A stretch of DNA of 64,000 bases from Chloroflexota bacterium. Its GTDB lineage: Bacteria; Chloroflexota; UBA11872. This document shows, piece after piece, positions 48,026 to 56,334 of this stretch. Made by a program: the position numbers and the translations under genes. Position 1 is the first letter of the stretch. Each line of letters starts with the position of its first letter. Location of the stretch: NCBI GenBank assembly GCA_028874175.1, contig JAPPLN010000117.1:3938-67937 (forward strand). Direction: 5' to 3'. The notes beneath the pieces are model-generated. The model made no database searches, was not told the origin of the DNA, and worked only from the letters and a program-made list of their open reading frames with translations.

Positions 48026-48060
48026 AAAAACGCCCCGCGGCATCGCTGCCATGCGGGGCG
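48026..48060 (-). promoter_or_regulatory. Terminator-like hairpin plus U5 in the glnA 5' leader; a possible attenuator or sRNA 3' end
   Basis: Minus strand: CGCCCCGC-AUGGCAGCGAUGCC-GCGGGGCG followed by UUUUUCAUAUAU, which is 70-100 nt upstream of the glnA ATG. Confidence 0.35.
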
Positions 48061-48227
48061 GGAGGATCAACGTCCCAACGCTCCGACGCTGGAGCGCTGA
48101 CAGCCGACATGCGTCGCCGGCGTGCGGCAATTGTAGGCGGGGGGTCGCCGGGCTGTCTACGCAATCCGACCGTGACACCCGCCGTGCGATACCGTGACCT
48201 GACAACGCTGCACCCACGGGACGAGCC

Positions 48228-48719
48228 GTGAGTTTTTGGGACCGCTGGGCTCGCGAAAGCCGCCTGGCCCTGGCCATTGGCCTGCTGGGGACGCTGGCGG
48301 TGCCAGTGGTGGGCATCGTGATCCTGCGCTTCCTGCTGTCCGGACCCGAGGTGGAGGCGACGGCCAGCCAGCGGCCGGCGCCGCCGCGCCCGGCCGCCGA
48401 AGTCGGCGTGACAGATCCCGGCCCCGTGCCCACCGTGTTGGCGCCGGCTCCACCGCAAACACCGGCGCCCGACGTCCCCGCGGCAACCCCCACCCTGGCA
48501 CCGACTCCCACGCCCACGCCGTCGCGAACCGGCGAGGTGAACGCCACCGACGGCCTGAACGTGCGGACCGAACCCAGCACCCAGGGCCGCGTGCTGCGCA
48601 TCCTGCCCTTCCAGACCCAGGTGGATCTCACCGGCCGCTCCCGCCAATCCGAAGGTCTGACCTGGGTGGAACTGGAGGCCGGCGGGTGGGTGCAGGAGCG
48701 GTACCTGGACCGGCGCTGA
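48228..48719 (+). CDS. Membrane-anchored bacterial SH3 (SH3b) domain protein with a Pro/Thr/Ala linker
   Basis: GTG start, one TM helix, the linker APAPPQTPAPDVPAATPTLAPTPTPTPS, then an SH3_3-like domain GEVNATDGLNVRTEPSTQGRVLRILPFQTQVDL…WVELEAGGWVQERYL. Confidence 0.6.
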   Translation: MSFWDRWARESRLALAIGLLGTLAVPVVGIVILRFLLSGPEVEATASQRPAPPRPAAEVGVTDPGPVPTVLAPAPPQTPAPDVPAATPTLAPTPTPTPSRTGEVNATDGLNVRTEPSTQGRVLRILPFQTQVDLTGRSRQSEGLTWVELEAGGWVQERYLDRR

Positions 48720-48784
48720 TCCCGGCCGCAGACCGCTGGCGGGTGCGGCCGGAAGGGGTGGAATCCGGGGCCCTCGCGCGCAAT

Positions 48785-48808
48785 AAGAGTTTTTTCCAAA
48801 AAACTCTT
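48785..48808. promoter_or_regulatory. AT-rich perfect palindrome AAGAGTTTTTT-CC-AAAAAACTCTT
   Basis: Read directly. It lies 66 nt downstream of the SH3b gene in GC-rich DNA. Confidence 0.3.
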
Positions 48809-49141
48809 GAGCTGCCGCGGGGTGCATTTCCGCCGGATTCGGGACGCGACGGCGGCTGGGGCGGATACCGGCGAACGCGGGCATGACGGGTGGCGCGGCG
48901 GGTCGTTGTTTGGCGAGATCCGGGGATCGTGGGATCGACGGTCCGCCCGCCTTCGGGCAGCGGCCGGGAGCGCCAGCCGGGGAAGGGCTGCCAAATGCAC
49001 CAGGAGCGAGATGAGACGCCGAAGGGGTTGGATCAGTCGCGGCAGCGACGAGGCAGCGGGCATGTGCGGAGTGGATTGCGAGACTTACTCCGGCAGTGTA
49101 CACTTGCTGAGGACGAGCGGCAAGCGACGGCTGGGTGGCTG

Positions 49142-49927
49142 CTAGCAGCCGAAGCCGAGGGTGAAGATGCAGAGCATGCCCTCGATGAACTTGTCGATGT
49201 TGGCGAGGGCGTTCAAGCCGAGTTCGGCCAGGGTGAACAGCGCTTCCGCGGTGAGCGCCCCGGCCTCGAGCAGGTCGAGCAGGTCGGCGTTGCCGGATTT
49301 CTGGACGAGCTCCGCGATCCCGGGGCCGTTAGGGTCGGCGCCGGCCGCCAGGAGCAGCCGCACGACCTCGGTGTTGCCGCGATCGACGGCGATGGCCAGG
49401 ACCGACAGGTCTTGCTCCGCCAGCGTGTTCGGGTCAGCGCCCGCGTCCAGCAGCAGCCGCACGATCTCGGCATCGCCCTCAATCGCGGCTGGCACCAGGA
49501 CCGGGATGCCGGATTCGCCCCTGGCGTTCGGGTCGGCGCCGGCGTCCAGCAGCATCGCCAGAATCGGGACATCGCCAGCGCTGGCAGCGAGCGACGCGGC
49601 AGGCTCGCCGTCCACGGTGCGGGCATCGGGATCGGCACCGGCATCCAGCAGCAGCGGGACGATTTCCAGATCGCCATGCTCCACGGCCACCGGCAGGGCC
49701 GAGCGGCCCTCGTCGTCCCGGTAATTGGGATCCGCCCCGGCCCACAGCGAAAGCTCCACCAGCGTGGTCCGGCGCTCAGCCACGTGATCCAGCAGCAGCG
49801 TCTCGTGACCAAGGACAAACCGGCCCAGGAAAAACAGGAGCACCGGCCCGACCAGCACCAGGGCCACACCGGCAGACAGCACCAACCGAACTCGGGACGT
49901 CACGGCTTCAGTCTCATCGACGCGCAC
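49142..49927 (-). CDS. Signal-anchored ankyrin-repeat protein (five ANK repeats)
   Basis: The N-terminus TSRVRLVLSAGVALVLVGPVLLFFLGRFVL is a TM anchor. ANK repeats follow: G-DPN-RD, ALPVAVEHGDLEIVPLLLDAGADPDA, …. Confidence 0.75.
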   Translation of the reverse strand: MRVDETEAVTSRVRLVLSAGVALVLVGPVLLFFLGRFVLGHETLLLDHVAERRTTLVELSLWAGADPNYRDDEGRSALPVAVEHGDLEIVPLLLDAGADPDARTVDGEPAASLAASAGDVPILAMLLDAGADPNARGESGIPVLVPAAIEGDAEIVRLLLDAGADPNTLAEQDLSVLAIAVDRGNTEVVRLLLAAGADPNGPGIAELVQKSGNADLLDLLEAGALTAEALFTLAELGLNALANIDKFIEGMLCIFTLGFGC

Positions 49928-50041
49928 GAAGTCAGCCCAGCGTCATTTCGAGTCCTTGCCCGACGCGAATCGCCACAGTGCCCGACAGTGGTTCGTCTTC
50001 CAATGAGAACCACTGTCGTCATCAGAGCACAAGCTGGATGA

Positions 50042-51049
50042 TCAATTCCACGCATTGCGAACCAGACTCTTGTGAAGCCGCTCGGCACACTCTTCCCAAG
50101 TGAACCTGAGGGCATACTTCCGGCAGTCACTTCGCTTCAGCGACAGCGCCCCAAGCGCCGCCTTCTTGAGATCGGTGTGTAGAACACCGACTTTGCTACT
50201 CGCTATGACATCTCTTGGACCCATCACGGGATACGCTGCCACGGGGATTCCGCTGGCAAGAGCTTCAATCATCACAATACCGAATGTATCGGTCTTGCTT
50301 GGGAAGACAAACACATCACTGTCCGCGTAGCACCGTGCCAAGCTTTCGCCGTGCTGCTCCCCCACGAAGCAGGCTTCCGGGTATCTTCGGCGTAGTGTCT
50401 CAAAGGCCGGACCACTGCCGACAACAACCTTGGTGCCGTCCAGACTCATGCCGAGGAAGGCGTCCAGATTTTTTTCTACAGCTACCCTGCCAACAAAGAG
50501 CCATATCGGGCGCCGAAGCCCGACAAAGAACAATTCTTCCCGAGGCCTAAATAGCCTGGTATCGACGCCTCTTGACCACGAACGGATATTCTTGAACTTT
50601 CGCTGTCGTAATTCCTTACGCAACGACTCCGTAGAAACGAGTACGGCCGAAGAAGGCGAGTGAAACCAGCGCAGCCACGCATATGTCCACAGCTCCGGAA
50701 TTCCGACACGAAGACGAAAGTAGCCAGGAAAATTCGTAGTGAAACTCGACGTGAAGTGAAGACCTCGACTTGCACAGTAGCAGCGAGCGGCTATCCCGAG
50801 GGGACCCTCAGTCACAACAAAGATATAGTTAGGTCGCAGTTCATTTATCATTCCGCCGAGTTTGGGCCAGACATTGATAGCCAGACGTATATCCGGCGAT
50901 CCGGGATGCGGAATCGTATAGAAGCGGTCGGGCGTAATCATCGTTACTTGATATCCAAACTCGTCAAGATATTCACGAATGCTAGCCAGTGTCCTCACCA
51001 CGCCGTTTATCTGGGGCTTCCATGTGTCGGTTACGATAAGGAGTCTCAT
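50042..51049 (-). CDS. GT4-family glycosyltransferase, probably a lipid (diacylglycerol-type) glycosyltransferase
   Basis: MRLLIVTDTWKPQINGVVRTL is a GT4 N-terminus like SqdX/MGS-type enzymes, and the C-terminal E…E region matches too. Low-GC gene. The start is chosen at 51049; alternatives are 51073 and 51136. Confidence 0.8.
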   Translation of the reverse strand: MRLLIVTDTWKPQINGVVRTLASIREYLDEFGYQVTMITPDRFYTIPHPGSPDIRLAINVWPKLGGMINELRPNYIFVVTEGPLGIAARCYCASRGLHFTSSFTTNFPGYFRLRVGIPELWTYAWLRWFHSPSSAVLVSTESLRKELRQRKFKNIRSWSRGVDTRLFRPREELFFVGLRRPIWLFVGRVAVEKNLDAFLGMSLDGTKVVVGSGPAFETLRRRYPEACFVGEQHGESLARCYADSDVFVFPSKTDTFGIVMIEALASGIPVAAYPVMGPRDVIASSKVGVLHTDLKKAALGALSLKRSDCRKYALRFTWEECAERLHKSLVRNAWN

Positions 51050-51222
51050 CGACGACGCAGCCGAATCAATCATGGTTGCGCGTAGACCTGTGTGCCATGG
51101 GCAAACCACCCAACGCCAAGGCCGGTGCAGGGCCAAGCTGAGGACCCAGGCGTGCCAGGAAATTGTCGATCCTCATCCGTTTCAGCTCTATGACACCTAG
51201 TCCGTTTTCTATGCCACAACCA

Positions 51223-52632
51223 TTATCGTGGTTCCAGAAACACTGGCATACCCCCCTTTGGACGGAGGCTAAACAGAAGCTCAAAGTCGATTCGATGATT
51301 GAGACTGTGCTGCACTCTCCAGTTCTGTCCAATCGTAGCCATGATCAGCTTCATCTCCATCCAGGCAAACCTCTCTCCGATACAGCGACGATGACCGCCA
51401 CCGAACGGAATGTAAGCAAACCGATGCAATGACCGTCGAGAATCCGGCGCCCAGCGCTCAGGAATAAATTTCGTCGGATTATCGAACCAACGCAGGTCGT
51501 GGTGAATGATGTACGGCGAGATACAGAGCAACGTTCCTGGCAGGACTTCATAGCCAGCCAGCTCAAAATTTTCCAAAGCAACACGCCCCATTCGCCAGAC
51601 TGGAGGGTACAGACGCATCGACTCCCTGATAACCTGTTCCGTATAGACTAGATTTGGGAGATCAGCCAATGTCGGGATTTCTCCCCCCAACACAGCATCC
51701 AGCTCCCTGTGAAATCGTGACTGAACTTCTGGATGTGTCCCGAGCAGGTACCAAGTCCAGGACAGTGCCGTCGTAACTGTCTCGTGACCCACCGCAAATA
51801 TGGTAATGATCTCATCCACAATCTGACGATCCGAAATGCCGCCGTTTACTGAGCCAGGGTGTTGCTGTGCCCCTGGATCGAGTAGCAGCGACAGCAAATC
51901 CTGACTTCCGTCAACAGTCCCACGCCGTTGCTCCATCATTCGACACGACAGACGATCGAGGTACGTCTTCTCGCGTCGAAACCTGCTCGATGCAGGTAAT
52001 GGTAGATAGTGCCAAAGATCACGAACTCGCTCATATAAGTGAAATCGCTTGTTCAGGTATCTATTTGCATAGTTCACTGCAGCCCCGATGCGTCTCACTT
52101 CATCGTCAGAAAAGTCCTGTCCGAACAGACAGCGCGTCACGATACTCAGCGTTATCTGCCGCATCTCGTCATCTATATCGATCCTCGTTCGCGCACTCCA
52201 TTTGTCAACGCACTTCAAGGTACACTTGATCATAGCTTCACAGAAACCATCGATCTGCTTCCGATGGAAAGCCGGCTGCATCAGTCGACGCTGTCTCGAA
52301 TGCAGTTCACCATCGGACGTCAACAAGCCATCACCCATCAGGTACTTCATCGCCTCAACGTTGCGCCACCTACCAATACGCTCGTGGTTGTCGACTAACA
52401 CTTCGCTAACTAACTCCGGACTGGAAACTAGGTAAACCAACCATGGCTTGAAGGACATCGTAACTATGTCCCCATATCGCGCAGCCTCTTCCATCAGGCC
52501 GATCGGGTCACGAAGGTACCGAATAGTCTGTCCAACAATCGGTGCTTCGGGCGGGCCCGGTGGTAGACGACTAGGCTTGATCTTCGGGTTTGGTGGTAGG
52601 CACGAATTTGATGGCAGGCAAGAATCTGACAT
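51223..52632 (-). CDS. Cytochrome P450 with a eukaryote-like PPGP hinge
   Basis: SRLPPGPPEAPIVG hinge, the I-helix AVGHETVTTAL, EIRESMRLYPPV (ExxR) and the heme loop FGGGHRRCIGERFA. Confidence 0.9.
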   Translation of the reverse strand: MSDSCLPSNSCLPPNPKIKPSRLPPGPPEAPIVGQTIRYLRDPIGLMEEAARYGDIVTMSFKPWLVYLVSSPELVSEVLVDNHERIGRWRNVEAMKYLMGDGLLTSDGELHSRQRRLMQPAFHRKQIDGFCEAMIKCTLKCVDKWSARTRIDIDDEMRQITLSIVTRCLFGQDFSDDEVRRIGAAVNYANRYLNKRFHLYERVRDLWHYLPLPASSRFRREKTYLDRLSCRMMEQRRGTVDGSQDLLSLLLDPGAQQHPGSVNGGISDRQIVDEIITIFAVGHETVTTALSWTWYLLGTHPEVQSRFHRELDAVLGGEIPTLADLPNLVYTEQVIRESMRLYPPVWRMGRVALENFELAGYEVLPGTLLCISPYIIHHDLRWFDNPTKFIPERWAPDSRRSLHRFAYIPFGGGHRRCIGERFAWMEMKLIMATIGQNWRVQHSLNHRIDFELLFSLRPKGGMPVFLEPR

Positions 52633-52633
52633 G

Positions 52634-53287
52634 CTACTCTCTTCGCCCTGAAGATATTAAAGCTTGCCATAACGCCGAGCCCATCCGAAGTTTCCTTCTC
52701 TTCAAGCGCATATCTGTGAGAATCACTATAGCGAATAGGGACGAGAAATACGCCACGAGAACCCACGAGAGTCCAGAAAACAGCTTTGCAATAGCCAATG
52801 ACCATATGAACGAACATCCGAATCCGAGCCCAGTATTTTGCGTTCGCAGCATCACCAACGCCGCAGGAAATGCTGTAATCAGCATTTGGCCGGGAATGAC
52901 GGCAGCTAAGACACCCAGGGCGGTCGCAGCACCCCGGCCACCACGGAACCCAAGCCATACTGGCCATATGTGGCCAGCCATGGCGGCGATCCCTCCAATC
53001 ATTCCCAGTGTCGAGACAGGCTGCTCGAACTCACCAGAATTGACCATCAAGCTCATCAAATTGGATACGAAGACGGCTGCGAATCCTTTAGTCATATCCA
53101 GTACACCAACAAATAGGCCCCAACGGATTCCCAGCAAGCGTCCAGCGTTCGTGGCTCCCATGTTGCCGTCCCCAAGGGATCGGATGTCTGAGTCCTTGCC
53201 GAGAACTCGGCATGCAACGAGCCAAGCTGTTGGCAGGCTACCTATAAGATACCCGACCAACGATGCTGCAACGGGGGCCCAGATCAT
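52634..53287 (-). CDS. plsY: Glycerol-3-phosphate acyltransferase PlsY paralog
   Basis: GDGNMGATNAGR and HIWPVWLGFRGGRGAATALGVL motifs. Low GC. It is 1 nt from the P450 start. Confidence 0.8.
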   Translation of the reverse strand: MIWAPVAASLVGYLIGSLPTAWLVACRVLGKDSDIRSLGDGNMGATNAGRLLGIRWGLFVGVLDMTKGFAAVFVSNLMSLMVNSGEFEQPVSTLGMIGGIAAMAGHIWPVWLGFRGGRGAATALGVLAAVIPGQMLITAFPAALVMLRTQNTGLGFGCSFIWSLAIAKLFSGLSWVLVAYFSSLFAIVILTDMRLKRRKLRMGSALWQALISSGRRE

Positions 53288-53535
53288 TCTTTACTAGCTA
53301 CCGTCTGGAAAATTGTCCACGTCTAGTGCCATGCCTCTATCGGCCTATCACGCGGGTCGATTTGTCCAGAGCGAAAGTTTGGCGCTTGGTCCGTGTTCCC
53401 TGTTCCGATCTACAGCGAGGGGTCTCGAGCGAACGCCTTAACAACATTAACTTCCAATCCAACAAGCCAGAGACTTCAAGACCGTTAGCCTTGAGCCAGG
53501 ATGACGGAAATGTTCCGAGTGCCGGCCTAGCATCA

Positions 53536-53610
53536 TTCGAAGCGTCAAGACGAATACGCCGCGCACGTCCTCGCGGTAGTCGTTCTGACGTCCGGCGCAG
53601 CGGTTCGATC
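53536..53610 (-). pseudogene. Degenerate third copy of the ankyrin-flanking module (…QNDYREDVRGVF)
   Basis: gaatacgccgcgcacgtcctcgcggtagtcgttctgacg matches 56349..56388 and 57049..57088 of the ankyrin gene. No intact ORF remains. Confidence 0.35.
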
Positions 53611-53830
53611 CGGGAGTGGCGCGGCGTGCGCAACCTCTCTTCTGTCTCCGGGTCGCGCAGCAGAAGCCGCTTGATACCTCTTCATTCTTAACTCGTCCTA
53701 AGCGCCATCATCTGTTCCACCATCTCCACACACTCGGGGCAATCGGATCCTGACCGGCCCGGGTGTCCACTCTGCTCGTGGACCTGGGTCACTACTTCAT
53801 CGAAGGCTTCCCTAGCAGCCCTGGATAATT

Positions 53831-54184
53831 TCATTCTTCATCAGGCGACCGACCGTACCGATTGGATCCGTCGTCGCTCGGGAGCATCATGAACACCAGG
53901 AAAACTATCCAGCCGACCAATGGAACCAAGATTATAAGAAACCACCAGCCACTCTTGCCTGAATCATGGAGACGCCGGACTGAAACCGTCAACCCAGGAA
54001 GAAATAGCAATACCGCCAATCCCCAATAAGCTATCCCGAATACCGTGTGGACATCCGCAAGTATCGAGAGCGTTATGAGGACGATGACATAGGCGAGATA
54101 AAACCACCAGAATTCCGAGCGTCTGGCGCGACCTTCAAAGTCCGCGTAGTGTTCGAAAATTACGCTATTACACGCATTCCACAC
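53831..54184 (-). CDS. DUF805-family membrane protein
   Basis: RRSEFWWFYL and RRLHDSGKSGWW motifs. Confidence 0.7.
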   Translation of the reverse strand: MWNACNSVIFEHYADFEGRARRSEFWWFYLAYVIVLITLSILADVHTVFGIAYWGLAVLLFLPGLTVSVRRLHDSGKSGWWFLIILVPLVGWIVFLVFMMLPSDDGSNRYGRSPDEE

Positions 54185-54249
54185 TGGGAACCTCCGTCCT
54201 TTGCGCTATGCCTCTTCCGCTGCACCAGTACCGCGGGAAACTCATTGAC

Positions 54250-56013
54250 CTATATCCTCGACCATCTGAAGGGTGACGCGATCAGCGTCATCGTCAACGC
54301 TGTAAGCGCCAAGCCGGGGAATATGACGATCCACGGCGCAGCTCGAATTTGTTGCATCGGCACAGCCATCATGCCGCCCCACGATGGTGTAGGAGGCTCG
54401 ATTCCCAGGCCGAGGAAGCTCAGCGTTGCTGCCATGAGGATGGACAGCCCGAAGTGAAGCGTCACCAGCGCAATGATGGGATTAATGGCATCGGACAGGC
54501 TGAAACCGCCGCTGGCCTTGAGGACTGCCACCTCGTCGCGGGTGGCCCGGGCGATTCTTGGCCATAGGACGAGGGTCACCGCAATTGGAAGGCCCGTTAG
54601 GCCCGGATCAAACGCCGCCGTCACCAGCATTGCAAAAAGCAGCAGGGGAAAGGCCGGTATGTTGTCCAACGCTCCCGTGATAATCGCGTCGACCTTGCCG
54701 CCGGCATAGCCGGAAAGCAGGCCCACCCCGCCGCCTACCACAGCGACGGGGATCAGGGAGAGGAGCGCCACTGCCAGGATGGACCTCGCGCCGTGAATCA
54801 ACCGGCTCAGGACGTCGCGTCCGAGAGCGTCGGTTCCCAGCAGATGCCCAGCTCCGGGGGAGGACGATGCGTCCTCGATTGACACTCGGACTGGATCTTG
54901 CGTCGCAATGATTGGTGCGAAGACGGCCACGACAAGCAGGATTCCAATTGCTATCAAAGGAACCCTAGGCACCTTCCGTGCGCTGGACATGGATGGAACG
55001 GGTGGGATGTTCGTCCTCGTGCTGACCGGCTGCCCGCTGGATGGTCGGGCCGCAGCCCCAGGTTCCAGCCGGCGAACGAGCAAGGCCGTGACCAGGCTGA
55101 AGCCCAGGACTATCACCGCCATTCCCGCTGCCGCCATGGCCACCGCCTGGAGCACGGGGTAGTCACGCGCCTGAGCGGCGAAGACAGCCAGCGAGCCGAT
55201 GCCAGGTGCAGTGAACATCACGGTCTCGACCACGATCGCGCCAGCCAGGAAGACCCCAAACAGGATCGGTGTCCAGATGAGGACGTTGCCGAGGCAGCGC
55301 ACCAGGCACGCCCTTACCGGAAGTCGACTACCGCGCGAAGGCTCGATGTCCTGGCTGTCCAGAACTTCCACGATGCTGGAGCGTACGACTCGGACCATGA
55401 CTGCTCCGGCAAGAATCGCCAGGACCAGCGAGGGCAAGACAAGCTGGTTCATCGGGCCGTCCCGCGACCCCATCGGCAGGACGAGCATCAGCATCAGGGC
55501 GAGCCAGAAGCTCGGAACTCCCACGCCAAACACGGCCGCACCCCCCACGACACGGTCAATCAAACTGCCGCGGCGGGTGGCGGCCAAGACCCCCAGAGGC
55601 ATGGAGACAGCCGCCGCGAAGAGCATCGTTAGTGGCAGCAACGACAGGGTAGAAGGCAAACCCTCAAATACCAGGTCGCGGACCGCTGTGCCGCTCTCGA
55701 ACGAGTGGCCAAAGTCCCCCCTGGACATATCGCCTATCCAAGTCAGGTATCGGCTAATGGGGGAGGGGGATTCAAGACCCAGAGACTCACGAAGGAGAGC
55801 CGACTCCTCGCTGAGAAAGGAGTCTTCCGGAAGAATAACCGTGAGAACAAATACTGCCACCGAGAGGATGAACAACAGTACGACGCCCGTGACGAGGCGG
55901 GAAACGATATAGGTCCTGAAGTCCCCGGTAGAAAGAGGCATTCTGGAACCCCCAACGTCCGCGGCATGCGATGCAACTTGAGGATTGCGGGATGAAGCGT
56001 CTGTGTGAGTCAT
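54250..56013 (-). CDS. Fused peptide/nickel-type ABC permease (DppB-like and DppC-like halves in one polypeptide), orphan
   Basis: The first half has a DppB-type core. The second half has HLLGTDALGRDVLSRLIHGARSIL and a DppC-type EAA region. No SBP or ATPase gene is nearby. Confidence 0.8.
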   Translation of the reverse strand: MTHTDASSRNPQVASHAADVGGSRMPLSTGDFRTYIVSRLVTGVVLLFILSVAVFVLTVILPEDSFLSEESALLRESLGLESPSPISRYLTWIGDMSRGDFGHSFESGTAVRDLVFEGLPSTLSLLPLTMLFAAAVSMPLGVLAATRRGSLIDRVVGGAAVFGVGVPSFWLALMLMLVLPMGSRDGPMNQLVLPSLVLAILAGAVMVRVVRSSIVEVLDSQDIEPSRGSRLPVRACLVRCLGNVLIWTPILFGVFLAGAIVVETVMFTAPGIGSLAVFAAQARDYPVLQAVAMAAAGMAVIVLGFSLVTALLVRRLEPGAAARPSSGQPVSTRTNIPPVPSMSSARKVPRVPLIAIGILLVVAVFAPIIATQDPVRVSIEDASSSPGAGHLLGTDALGRDVLSRLIHGARSILAVALLSLIPVAVVGGGVGLLSGYAGGKVDAIITGALDNIPAFPLLLFAMLVTAAFDPGLTGLPIAVTLVLWPRIARATRDEVAVLKASGGFSLSDAINPIIALVTLHFGLSILMAATLSFLGLGIEPPTPSWGGMMAVPMQQIRAAPWIVIFPGLALTALTMTLIASPFRWSRI

Positions 56014-56045
56014 CGTCGACCCTCGCTACGAGTCAAGAGTGTTTC

Positions 56046-56160
56046 TTAGCCCCAATCAAGAGCATGGGCCCAGCCGGCACCAGGGCCACACGGGCGAACA
56101 GGACGAACCGAACCCGAGCTGTCACGGAAATCGCGCCGCCAATGTCCGGTGGCTGAGGTT
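56046..56160 (-). pseudogene. Truncated copy of the recurring N-terminal signal-anchor module (…RVRFVLFARVALVPAGPMLLIGAKKHS*)
   Basis: DNA and protein similarity to 49790..49927 and 59900..60010. It ends at a stop 27 nt before the permease start. Confidence 0.4.
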
Positions 56161-56334
56161 CGCTGAGATTCGGGACCGCACCGGATGGTGTGGCGGAACT
56201 CTCTGAGTGGGTCCGGTCCCGAACGAGGCACGACCATCGTTAAGATTCGATCGGCGACGTGCCCACCGTGGCCCGGACGGGAGTCGGGCCACGGCGGGTG
56301 TCAGAGCGCCGAGGTCGGGCACGAGGTCACATCG

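Noticed and set aside
47952-49103. 383-aa and 348-aa minus-strand ORFs spanning the glnA upstream region and the SH3b gene
   Set aside because: Pro/Arg/Ala-rich with no domains. They are antisense to the SH3b gene, which has a recognisable domain.
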